NCBI GenBank assembly: GCA_040388985.1
Contig: JAZKAU010000001.1
Coordinates: 59,359 to 123,358 of the forward strand
Source: Patescibacteria group bacterium
Lineage (GTDB): Bacteria; Patescibacteriota; Minisyncoccia; Phycocordibacterales; Phycocordibacteraceae
Direction of reading: 5' to 3'
DNA length: 64,000 nt
Part shown: one piece after another, positions 43,594 to 52,096 of the stretch
How the letters are laid out: each line of letters begins with the position of its first letter
How positions within the stretch are numbered: position 1 is the stretch's first letter
Notes under the pieces: generated by a model
The model's database searches: none
What the model saw: the letters and a program-made list of their open reading frames with translations, nothing else
What the model was told of the DNA's origin: nothing
Program-made: the position numbers and the translations under genes

Positions 43594-43986
43594 TTGTTCC
43601 CACCGTTGGAGGAATGGAAAATGAGACCTACCCCTTGGGCCCTTGCAGCCTTCCGAGTATCCCACCAGCACCCTGAGTCTGATCATCGAGATAGGCTATT
43701 GAAAGATGGGGTGCCCGTGCATCTCATCGATCAGCTCTGCGCAACTCATGCGACCTGCCGGCTCCGACTCCTTCAGATGGAGCTGAAGATCAACTATTCG
43801 GCTATCCCCCATTTCAATAAGTGGATTAGCTGCAAGAAAACCTTTGGCCGTGGCGATGATGAAACCGCTGAATGGTTTGGATTCGTCCGTCGCATTGAAC
43901 AGCTCGAAACGGAGCTTGGCGCAAAGAAACCTCGTGCAGCTCGTCTGCGAGCAAAGCTCAACAAGGTGAGCATGCGACGCGGATAA
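43594..43986 (+). CDS. Hypothetical protein flanked by the 26-bp direct repeats
   Basis: 130-aa ORF with its own terminator (44003-44046). Confidence 0.35.
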   Translation: MFPPLEEWKMRPTPWALAAFRVSHQHPESDHRDRLLKDGVPVHLIDQLCATHATCRLRLLQMELKINYSAIPHFNKWISCKKTFGRGDDETAEWFGFVRRIEQLETELGAKKPRAARLRAKLNKVSMRRG

Positions 43987-44104
43987 TAACCGTCTGAAGA
44001 ATCCGCCTGGAGAAATCCACCGCTTCTCCAGGCGGCTTCTTTTTATGCAAATAGTTCCAAAGTACTATTCTGCTTCTCCGTATGGGCTAGATTCTAAAAC
44101 ATTG

Positions 44105-44130
44105 CTGGCTGTGTGGGACAACGTTGGAAC
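44105..44130 (+). repeat. 26-bp perfect direct repeat, copy 2
   Basis: Identical to 43505-43530. Confidence 0.8.
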
Positions 44131-44134
44131 CAAT

Positions 44135-44530
44135 TTAACTCTCCACCACTACCTTTAGTTTCTGCAATATAGTTTCTATGTTGGTTTCGGAAAATCGCTC
44201 GCTCACGGCACCTTCCTTGACCCATACCCGATAGTCTAACTCACACTTATCCGGTTCAAATGGTTTGAAAATATATACAACGTGATGGTTGTCATCCTTC
44301 TTAGTCATTTCAAACATAAATCCATCTTCAAATGCAGTTATTTCAAATTCGCACCAACCACCACTTTGGTCCTGGCTTCTATATATAGTTCCAAGTTTTA
44401 CTGGATTTTCACTCGCCTCTTCTTTCACCACACCATCTACCCATCTTGGAGTGTTATCGGGATTGGTAGTGAAGTTAAAAACTTCGAAGGCAGGCTTATT
44501 TATAATAATGGTCTTCTTCACACTATTCAT
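44135..44530 (-). CDS. SRPBCC (START/Bet v1-like) family protein
   Basis: 131 aa, ...KPAFEVFNFTTNPDNTPRWVDGV... typical polyketide-cyclase/AHSA1-like pattern. Confidence 0.45.
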   Translation of the reverse strand: MNSVKKTIIINKPAFEVFNFTTNPDNTPRWVDGVVKEEASENPVKLGTIYRSQDQSGGWCEFEITAFEDGFMFEMTKKDDNHHVVYIFKPFEPDKCELDYRVWVKEGAVSERFSETNIETILQKLKVVVES

Positions 44531-44600
44531 GTTCCAAAGTATACCAACTAATGGCTGGGTGAGTTTAGAACTCTTAATTGGAATGAGATTGAGCTAGAAT

Positions 44601-44909
44601 TTATTTCTTTGACTGTCCCCACTGCCATCGAGGTTTTTCTCCTCTCTTGTAGCAGATAAAAACAAGTAGGGCGGTCAGTGCAATGATGGGTAATGCGAAT
44701 GTCAGGAAATTGCCTCCCGAATCAGGATTTCCTGGAATATCTTTTTCTCTCGAGATTACGGAGGTCATGATGAGTGCAACATACGCGAGAAGAACGCACC
44801 ATCCTTGCCATTTTACTGGAATCCAACCCCAGCCATAAAGTTTGGCCTTAAACCAATAGCCTTGTGGATTGTCTCTGAGATATGCAATGTACATTGTCAG
44901 AAAACTCAT
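44601..44909 (-). CDS. Small membrane protein
   Basis: 102 aa, two TM helices, Trp-rich. Confidence 0.35.
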   Translation of the reverse strand: MSFLTMYIAYLRDNPQGYWFKAKLYGWGWIPVKWQGWCVLLAYVALIMTSVISREKDIPGNPDSGGNFLTFALPIIALTALLVFICYKRGEKPRWQWGQSKK

Positions 44910-45149
44910 ACAAATCAGTATAGCTTAAATTGGTTAACTCCGAGGGTACGCGAAGCTTGCTCTCGTTCGTCTCCACAGAAAAGAAAATGCCCCTCAGAAG
45001 GGGCGCTTTCTTATCGTTCCAGTTCCCCGAACATCACGTTAATAACATACCGCTCACATTTAATAGGGAATACATGAGTGGGGTGGCTCAACAGCTGTGT
45101 TAGATTAGGCTTATGGAAAGGTTTTCTGAAGTATAATGAGCAAACCCAC

Positions 45150-45755
45150 ATGAACTCTGTCTCAACATTCATCTTTGATTGTTTCGGTGTGATCTGTCAC
45201 CCTGCCGTACACGGCTGGTATGAAGAAAATAGATTAAGGCAAGGATATTCTGATGAACATTTACCGGCAATTTTAGAACAGTTTGACCTCGGAAAGCTAT
45301 CTGAAGATGAACTTGTTGATTACTTCCTGACATACGAGGGAATTAATTCCACAAAAGAAAAGATTCGTGAGGAGATAGATAGCCACTTGGGTTTAGATAC
45401 TGAATTAGCTTCGACTATTAAGAAGCTAAAAGAAAGTGGTTTCAAGACAGCTCTACTATCAAATGGTAACGAGTCTTTCTTTGAGAGAAAGGTCTATCAA
45501 GAATATCCTCAATTCAAGGATCTATTTGATGAAATTGTCATTTCTTCTTCAGTCGGAATGGTAAAGCCTAACGCTGATATCTATCTGCACACTCTCCAAA
45601 TAGTAGGGTCAAGACCTGAAGAATCATTATTTATTGATGACCGTAAGGTAAATGTAGACGCCGCAACTATGCTCGGTATGAATGGCTATGTATATACGAC
45701 AAGTTCTGCTTTCTCTGACTATTTGAAAGATGTGGGTGTTAGTCTTGGGCGGTAG
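45150..45755 (+). CDS. HAD-superfamily hydrolase
   Basis: Motif I FIFDCFGVI (DxxG), motif IV FIDDRKVNVDAA; start set at MNSVSTF. Confidence 0.6.
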   Translation: MNSVSTFIFDCFGVICHPAVHGWYEENRLRQGYSDEHLPAILEQFDLGKLSEDELVDYFLTYEGINSTKEKIREEIDSHLGLDTELASTIKKLKESGFKTALLSNGNESFFERKVYQEYPQFKDLFDEIVISSSVGMVKPNADIYLHTLQIVGSRPEESLFIDDRKVNVDAATMLGMNGYVYTTSSAFSDYLKDVGVSLGR

Positions 45756-45909
45756 GCCCAGAAGTTATATTCGCCTCAGTCTCTGATGCAAAGCAGCCCT
45801 ATGTTATAAGGCTGTTTTGGTTTGCTCCCCCTCGTGGACAAGTTCAGAACTGCGAATTGGGTTGGTATTAAGAGCGAACTTCAGTTCAGTGGCATTCTCA
45901 GCTTCTTTC

Positions 45910-46473
45910 CTACTGCCATAAGCTCTCAGTAAATTCGGGTAGCTTTTCAGCCAAAACATCCATTTCCCGTATGCCTTGGCGCATAATGGTTGGGGTAATT
46001 TTGAGCTTACGGAACTTAATCATCCCGTCCTCCTTCTTTGTCTTTGTATCTACTCTTACATAGCCCTCTGTATCTAGAGTTTGCCATTTAGCGTGGGCTA
46101 TCTTGTTTCTCAGAGTACTAAGCGTTTCAAGCTGTTTTCTGATTGATGCTAGTTGGCTGCTCTTTAAGACCTTCTTCTTTTGAGCCCAATTAACCATCGG
46201 GAAGGCAAGGTTATAGAAAAGCTCTATTTTTGCCGATACTTCCAAATCCTTAATGATGGTATAGCCCTCGTAATGGGAACGGTCATTGATAAGGTTAGCT
46301 ATTTCTACGTCCAAGCTATGCTCCAAATTGCTAAAGCTAATCAGGAAAGAACCTATGTGGATTGCGTACTTTTCCTCTTGCGCTTCCGTTAGTTCATCGC
46401 CAGCACCGTCATATTGGTCTAGCTCCTCATACTTAACTTCAAGAGCTTTTGGTTGCTTGGCTTTAGCTTTCAT
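45910..46473 (-). CDS. HEPN-like protein (RNxxxH motif), last gene of the five-gene operon
   Basis: ...ETLSTLRNKIAHAKW... Rx4-6H HEPN signature; overlaps the upstream Zn-ribbon ORF by 11 nt. Confidence 0.45.
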   Translation of the reverse strand: MKAKAKQPKALEVKYEELDQYDGAGDELTEAQEEKYAIHIGSFLISFSNLEHSLDVEIANLINDRSHYEGYTIIKDLEVSAKIELFYNLAFPMVNWAQKKKVLKSSQLASIRKQLETLSTLRNKIAHAKWQTLDTEGYVRVDTKTKKEDGMIKFRKLKITPTIMRQGIREMDVLAEKLPEFTESLWQ

Positions 46474-46765
46474 TGCTTTTTACAACCTTTTTGGATACCG
46501 CATCAACAAACAACCTAAAAGCAGGTCTTTTCTCCTTCTCGTAAACAACCTTAACCCCAAGGGTATGACCCTTTGGACAGGAAAGCTCCTTCTTGGAAAT
46601 TGCTACGCTTGGCTCATTTATTCGGTCTACGTACATTCGGCGCAGGTTGCCAGCCCCGTCCTTCTGGTAAGAGCAAATAACGGAACTGCACTTCCTGCAC
46701 GAAATTCTCAAAAGCCGTGAATAACCTCCGCGTGCCTTCTTGTATTTGTCGTTCTTAAGCTTCAT
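46463..46765 (-). CDS. Small zinc-ribbon protein
   Basis: CRKCSSVIC ... SCPKGH (CxxC...CxxxH), 100 aa, basic. Confidence 0.4.
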   Translation of the reverse strand: MKLKNDKYKKARGGYSRLLRISCRKCSSVICSYQKDGAGNLRRMYVDRINEPSVAISKKELSCPKGHTLGVKVVYEKEKRPAFRLFVDAVSKKVVKSNES

Positions 46766-46773
46766 ATCAAAGA

Positions 46774-47154
46774 TTATCTTACGATTTGAGTATCAAACCA
46801 TTGCTCCTGAAAGTGAATAGCTGACATAATTTCATCATCAGTCATTTTAATTCCCTCAGGCACAACTACAAGCTTATCGTCGTCATTATCTTTACGATGT
46901 GCAATAGCTATACAGACACCTTTGGCACGGTTAAGAGGTTCGGCTACTCCTAAGTAATAGGCATCTAGGTCTTCACCATCAGGAGCTTTTATTCCTTCTA
47001 TAAATCCATAGTTGGCTTTATACACAAAGCCGTGTTTAGGGTGCTTAGAACCAAGAGTGCGGTCCATAACAACCTCAACCTCCTTTCCTAAGTATTCTTT
47101 TGCAAGTTCAAAGGATTTAGAGGTTTCCATATAAAAAGTTTCGTACCTGCTCAA
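46774..47154 (-). CDS. Truncated family-I inorganic pyrophosphatase-like protein
   Basis: DRTLGSKHPKHGFVYKANYGFIEGI (compare DRF..YPxNYGFIPxT), DGEDLDAYYL (compare DGDPLDVLV), DDKLVVVPEG (compare DxKLxAVP); lacks the N-terminal ~50 aa of canonical PPase. Confidence 0.5.
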   Translation of the reverse strand: MSRYETFYMETSKSFELAKEYLGKEVEVVMDRTLGSKHPKHGFVYKANYGFIEGIKAPDGEDLDAYYLGVAEPLNRAKGVCIAIAHRKDNDDDKLVVVPEGIKMTDDEIMSAIHFQEQWFDTQIVR

Positions 47155-47662
47155 TAGGTTTTATCTGCATATAGGTCTTGTGATCATCTTCAGCAGATAG
47201 TTCAGCCCTTGTAAGGGAATATCCTTCAGGGATAAAAACAGCGTCCCAGCCATAGCCACCTTCACCAGCAGGTTTCTCAGGAACCGTTCCATCCATACCT
47301 CCTTCAAAATAGCTCTCGGTCTGTCCATCAAAGTAGCCAAAGACACAACGTGCCTTTGCACCCCGTTCCTTACCGTCTAGAAGCCGACACAGGCCTTCAA
47401 GCGAAAGCTCTTCAAGAAACCACTTAATAAACGTGCCAGGCAGTCGTCCCAAAGCCGTAAATTCAAGTGCAACATCCTCAACGAGAACTGGACGCTCCAC
47501 TTGAGCATATGCTTGGCGAAGCTTGTGTTTTACAACCTCTTTCAAATCAAGGGACTGAACCTCGTCCAAATCTACCTTTACGTGTTCTATGGGATGCCCA
47601 AGTAGCTGACCGAGATAGTCAGCTTTCTTCTGGTTGCCAGTGATGAATACAACCTCTTTCAT
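47117..47662 (-). CDS. Ham1/RdgB-like non-canonical NTP pyrophosphatase (ITPase family)
   Basis: VFITGNQKKADYL (compare ATGNxGKxxE), PAGEGGYGWDAVFIPEG (compare GxGGFGYDPIFxP). Confidence 0.65.
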   Translation of the reverse strand: MKEVVFITGNQKKADYLGQLLGHPIEHVKVDLDEVQSLDLKEVVKHKLRQAYAQVERPVLVEDVALEFTALGRLPGTFIKWFLEELSLEGLCRLLDGKERGAKARCVFGYFDGQTESYFEGGMDGTVPEKPAGEGGYGWDAVFIPEGYSLTRAELSAEDDHKTYMQIKPIEQVRNFLYGNL

Positions 47663-47664
47663 AA

Positions 47665-48642
47665 TTACTTGTTGCCTACTTCCTCAAATAGGTCTGTGTC
47701 TATCTTTTCTCCCTTTAAGTACTGCTGAATGCACCAATCGCGCATCTTCACGCGCCAAGCCCAAAAGTCGGGATTGCTAGTAGGGTCTTCTTCAGAACCC
47801 TTATCCTTACCACTAGCCCATATGGTCTTAAGTACTAGAAAATCGTCAGAGTACTCACTTAACTTTGGTAAGTCATATGCAATAGCTACACTATCCAGTT
47901 CTGCTATATAACGTGCAATCTGTTCATTACTAAAGCGATAGCGAACCTTGCCTTCAGGCCACATCCTTCCAAAGAAAACATTTGTAAGTCCGTCATATCC
48001 AACGGGACCGAAGCTTGCAAGCTCAAAGTCAATAACGCCATTAGGCAGAATGTTATACGCGTTCAGGTCTGCCTGTATGTAGCCCCACGGTAATGAAAGG
48101 GAACGTTCTGAAGCACGTTCAATTGCCTCCATAAATGGCTCCCTCATCTCTTCAGAAGGTGGGTTATTTCTGATTACATTTGCAAGGGCAATCATTTGAG
48201 CCATTGCTTCCTTGTTCTGAGGAACAAAATTCTTTGGGTTGAACTGCGCCTCGCAGTATTTCTTTACCGCCTCAGTAAATGCATCAAATGTGGCATCACT
48301 TACTACGCCATTTTCTTTGGTTTCCTCAGTGAATTGGTCTGCGAAATTTCTATCACCAATGCTGCTTTCAATGAAGTAGCTTTCTCCTGTCGGAAGTACG
48401 CCTTCTGCTAGAACTTCAGGGACTGGAAAGCCGCGTTCGTGAAGGTCTCGCGTGATATTAAGCTCACCAGCAATCTCTGCTGCACTGTGTGTACGAAGGT
48501 AAGCTGTCCTATCTGTGTTTACGTAAATATCACCACCCATAAGGCGGTCTTTCAGATAGTTGTACGCTATGCCATTCACAGTTATAGCTTCTTTGCCTTT
48601 TTCCATAGTGGGTTCTGTTTGGAGCTTTTCCATTACATTCAT
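47665..48642 (-). CDS. APH/choline-kinase-like phosphotransferase (protein-kinase-like fold)
   Basis: GYIQADLNAYNILPNGVIDFELASFG (Brenner/catalytic-loop + DFE-like motifs). Confidence 0.55.
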   Translation of the reverse strand: MNVMEKLQTEPTMEKGKEAITVNGIAYNYLKDRLMGGDIYVNTDRTAYLRTHSAAEIAGELNITRDLHERGFPVPEVLAEGVLPTGESYFIESSIGDRNFADQFTEETKENGVVSDATFDAFTEAVKKYCEAQFNPKNFVPQNKEAMAQMIALANVIRNNPPSEEMREPFMEAIERASERSLSLPWGYIQADLNAYNILPNGVIDFELASFGPVGYDGLTNVFFGRMWPEGKVRYRFSNEQIARYIAELDSVAIAYDLPKLSEYSDDFLVLKTIWASGKDKGSEEDPTSNPDFWAWRVKMRDWCIQQYLKGEKIDTDLFEEVGNK

Positions 48643-48653
48643 ATTAGCTTAAA

Positions 48654-49928
48654 TTGCTAGGCATTGTAAACTATTGTAAAGCGATGGAAGACGACACATT
48701 CAACTACTTTAACGTAGATATAAATCTCCTTGCCCTGCACGTATTGCTTGAAGGGGCTTTTAGAGGACAAAGCATTTTTACCCTTGAGCGGTTCCTGAAG
48801 GGCAACTACTGGAAGATTGAAGAAATTGAGGAAGATATAAGAGACACCAACGACTACAGTTCTGTTGAAGACCTTGTAATGCATCAGGTCATAGGAATGG
48901 TTGAAGCTCTTGAACTAGGCACAGTAAAGCGAGTAAGCGTGGCTAATCTCTATGGGCTTACAGAGCAAGTTGCAAGGGAAGCTGTAGAAACTAAGGACGG
49001 TACTGAAGACGACGTTGCTTATTACAGTTCTCTCATCAGTGAGCTATACGACCTGAGGAAAAAAGAAGAGGAACAATTTAGAGAGCGACTTGATGCTGGA
49101 TTGCCTTACTCAGAGGCACGTACCAATAGGGCTGACTTTACCAAAGACGACTTTGGAAGGCATATACAAATTATTTCTGCTATATCAACTCCATTCATAG
49201 AGCTAGAGATAGATTTTGACGAACTTAAGACCCAAGAAGCCGACAAATTAATTCATGACTATATACATTCATTTTCGCAGGATGATTATATTGAAAAGAA
49301 GCCATTCTATAGGCAGAAGCGCTTCTACTTTTCAAAGCAGCTTGAGAACTTCTTTGAGTACATCCAGCGTTTTCCTGAAATAGATGGGTATGTAAACATC
49401 CCTTTCTCTGCGCTTAGTGAGCAAGGATTTGAAGTGGTAAAAGTAATGACCTACTTGGAAAGAGAAGCGCGCTTAAAGGTTAGGAACTGGGACGATATTG
49501 AGCTATGGAATGTTAAGTTTCATAAAACTCCAATTACCCTTGCTTCTTTATTGGGACAGGAAACCAAGACCGAGATTAAAGCGATAGATAAGAGCGAGAT
49601 TAAGCTGAACTTAAGTTTTTCTCCAGAGACAGCAATGATGAGCCTGACAGACCAGACGGGCACAGAATATAAAGTTAGGGTTCAAGGGCAAGTTCAAAAG
49701 GAAGTATTACGTGTGATATTCAAAAACCCCAAAGATACGTATACCGAGTGGAGTTTATACGACATTAGCGAGTTGCTTGGTGGACAGGACGTAAACGAGA
49801 CAGCCGTTAAGAACGCCATCTATCAATTCAATAAGAAGACCAAACTTCACCTCCCACAAGTAGAAAATCTCTTTGAGCTGACCAAACATTCAGCACGACT
49901 CAATCCAAAATACGTAAGTCCAGACTAA
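48654..49928 (+). CDS. Hypothetical protein, possible C-terminal winged-helix
   Basis: 424-aa ORF divergent from the kinase operon; no catalytic motif recognised. Confidence 0.35.
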   Translation: MLGIVNYCKAMEDDTFNYFNVDINLLALHVLLEGAFRGQSIFTLERFLKGNYWKIEEIEEDIRDTNDYSSVEDLVMHQVIGMVEALELGTVKRVSVANLYGLTEQVAREAVETKDGTEDDVAYYSSLISELYDLRKKEEEQFRERLDAGLPYSEARTNRADFTKDDFGRHIQIISAISTPFIELEIDFDELKTQEADKLIHDYIHSFSQDDYIEKKPFYRQKRFYFSKQLENFFEYIQRFPEIDGYVNIPFSALSEQGFEVVKVMTYLEREARLKVRNWDDIELWNVKFHKTPITLASLLGQETKTEIKAIDKSEIKLNLSFSPETAMMSLTDQTGTEYKVRVQGQVQKEVLRVIFKNPKDTYTEWSLYDISELLGGQDVNETAVKNAIYQFNKKTKLHLPQVENLFELTKHSARLNPKYVSPD

Positions 49929-49984
49929 GCAAACTTAAGTAAGGCAACAAATAACCTGTAGGGACAACCTACGGGTTGTTTCTT

Positions 49985-50149
49985 ATGCAGGAAACTATCA
50001 GCCCAGAAAAGCCAAAAGAAAGCTTCCAAATACAGAAGCTCTCACTGGAAGAGCGAGACCGCTTAGTTAGCTTCTTTGCGCTGCTTCTCAAGGTTGATAA
50101 GCGAGTAAATCCTGCACTTTACCAGATTAAGAAAACACAAAATGATTGA
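49985..50149 (+). CDS. Small protein (54 aa) translationally coupled to the Rep gene
   Basis: MQETISPEKPKESFQIQKLSLEERDRLVSFFALLLKVDKRVNPALYQIKKTQND; its stop overlaps the rep start (ATGATTGA). Confidence 0.3.
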   Translation: MQETISPEKPKESFQIQKLSLEERDRLVSFFALLLKVDKRVNPALYQIKKTQND

Positions 50150-51302
50150 TACCGTCTGTCTTCTCATACCGAAAGACAGAATTACCGTAGTTGATATGTC
50201 TCAGCGCGGAGTACCTTCTTGGAACCTGCACTCAAGGACAGACCAATACGATAAATACGTAAAGAACCCTTCAAAACGGGACTTGGATAGTGGGCAGTAC
50301 TTCCCGCGTCTAACTGGCTACAAGCGCAAAAGCTTTGCCCAAGAAGCAAATGTACGGATAGAGTTTTCAGCTCCAAAGCTGCTCTTCCTGAACAATCTTG
50401 ACGAGCTTACGGATAAGGACTTTCCACGGCTCATTGAGACACTTCAAGACCGACTTATGACTATGGGAATTGTTGTATCAAAACCAGTGTTGGCAAATGC
50501 TTCTGTAAGCTCAGTGCACTTCTCAAAGAATATCTTGCTTCAAGACGGTTATACGTCTAACCACCTCATTTCTGAGATGAACAAGATAGACCTTAGGAAG
50601 AGCTTTGATTTTGCACGGACTAGGTACATCAATGACGGTCAAAGCTTGTACGCTCATACCACCGCACATCAGCTAGTTATCTACGACAAAGTAGCTGACT
50701 TGGGCAAGGACAAGAAACGAGCGATAGACAAAGAGCAGACACCTTACCAGCGGAACCTGTTTGGCGAGTTGCTGAAGGATAAAGACGTTAAAGAGATTAT
50801 CCGCTTTGAGGTACGTCTGAACCATAAGCAGAAGCTCAATAAGCTCTTGGAGCAGTTAGGGTACGACAAGAACCCGACCTTCAAGCAGGTATTCCGAAGT
50901 GATGTGAGCAAAGCAGTAGTTATGGACTACTGGAAGAAGTTGATTAAGGAGCGGAACCTAGGACTGTTTTCTATCGCCATTAGCATTAAAGACATATTGA
51001 GGACGTTGTTTATGGCAGACAAAACCCTGAAGCCGAAACAGGCAATCTATCTGCTGGGTCTCTTTATGCTTGCACGTGATGAGAACGGAATGCGACAGCT
51101 AAGAAGTATCGTCTCAAAAAGGTCTCACGATAGAACGTGGTATCGGATAGCAAAGGATATGCAGAACGCCAGTGCACTTATTACTAAGAACAAGCTTAGG
51201 GACTGGGTCTCACAGCTTGATAAAGGTTTGGACGATTATCAGCCGTATAGGGTATCAAGAGATGAAGAAAACAAATCAGACAAAGGCAAGAAAGCTTCTT
51301 AA
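50142..51302 (+). CDS. Replication initiation protein, Rep_trans-like
   Basis: 386 aa; HQLVIYDK... and IIRFEVRL... segments resemble Rep_trans RIE/YDK motifs; element context. Confidence 0.45.
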   Translation: MIDTVCLLIPKDRITVVDMSQRGVPSWNLHSRTDQYDKYVKNPSKRDLDSGQYFPRLTGYKRKSFAQEANVRIEFSAPKLLFLNNLDELTDKDFPRLIETLQDRLMTMGIVVSKPVLANASVSSVHFSKNILLQDGYTSNHLISEMNKIDLRKSFDFARTRYINDGQSLYAHTTAHQLVIYDKVADLGKDKKRAIDKEQTPYQRNLFGELLKDKDVKEIIRFEVRLNHKQKLNKLLEQLGYDKNPTFKQVFRSDVSKAVVMDYWKKLIKERNLGLFSIAISIKDILRTLFMADKTLKPKQAIYLLGLFMLARDENGMRQLRSIVSKRSHDRTWYRIAKDMQNASALITKNKLRDWVSQLDKGLDDYQPYRVSRDEENKSDKGKKAS

Positions 51303-51439
51303 ACGGAACTTCTTTATGGAAGCTCTCGTAGTGGAGTTGGATGCTGAAAAGAAGTGGAAGAGGGCAAAGAAAGCACAGAAGAAAGGACGGACGCTGTCCA
51401 CTTAGTAGGTTTGTTATGTAAAGAATTGTAAAGTAATAT

Positions 51440-51619
51440 ATGACTATGCAAAAAGAGTTTTACACGGCGCAGGAGCTAGCCGATAAGCTTCAAGTTAATG
51501 TTATGACTATCTACCGCTATATTGGCGCAGGTAAGCTTAAGGCGCATAAAATTGGAAAGTCGTTCCGTATCCCAAGGGCTACTTTTGAGAAGTTCCTTGA
51601 AGCCACTAAAACTAAGTAG
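51440..51619 (+). CDS. xis: Excisionase-family HTH DNA-binding protein (59 aa)
   Basis: YTAQELADKLQVNVMTIYRYIGAGKLKAHKIGKSFRIPRATFEKFLE matches the excisionase-family DNA-binding domain pattern; not in the track (<60 aa). Confidence 0.6.
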   Translation: MTMQKEFYTAQELADKLQVNVMTIYRYIGAGKLKAHKIGKSFRIPRATFEKFLEATKTK

Positions 51620-51622
51620 CTT

Positions 51623-52096
51623 ATGAAAACACTTACAGAATTGAACAGCAAATGGTGGTACCGACTACTGAAGGTACTCTATATAATCCTAGCTCTGATT
51701 ATTCTAGGAGTATCTATAGCACTTATAGTCGTATCAAATGCGCCAGAGTTTGATAACAAAGCATCGTATGTGCAATGTGATGATGGACGTACTTTTCCTG
51801 TAGATAAAATAGGGATGTATAGCGATTTTGTTGATAGCTATAACGATAGAAACTTCCGCACGTGGTGTGCAACCACTCTAGTAGAAGAAAACGGTGTACA
51901 AAAACTGAAGCCAATAAATGGGTTCGTGCCAGACGAAAAGAACTTTACTTTTGTGGCTAAAGAAACTGCACGCAACTGGATGGGCACTATAGGGTATTCG
52001 GTTATTGCTCTTGTTGTAGTGCTACTACTATCCGAGCTTCTTAGGAGGATGTTCTACTACATAACTCTGGGTTCCATACGTCCTAAACGGCAATGA
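51623..52096 (+). CDS. Membrane protein, unknown function
   Basis: 157 aa, N- and C-terminal TM helices. Confidence 0.35.
   Translation: MKTLTELNSKWWYRLLKVLYIILALIILGVSIALIVVSNAPEFDNKASYVQCDDGRTFPVDKIGMYSDFVDSYNDRNFRTWCATTLVEENGVQKLKPINGFVPDEKNFTFVAKETARNWMGTIGYSVIALVVVLLLSELLRRMFYYITLGSIRPKRQ

Noticed and set aside
43505-44130. Possible CRISPR array
   Set aside because: Only two repeat copies, and the 574-bp interval between them encodes a gene with its own terminator.
46463-46765. MNT (minimal nucleotidyltransferase) partner for the HEPN protein
   Set aside because: I looked for the GSxxxGxxxxxSDxD NTase motif in the adjacent ORF and it is absent. The partner is a Zn ribbon instead.
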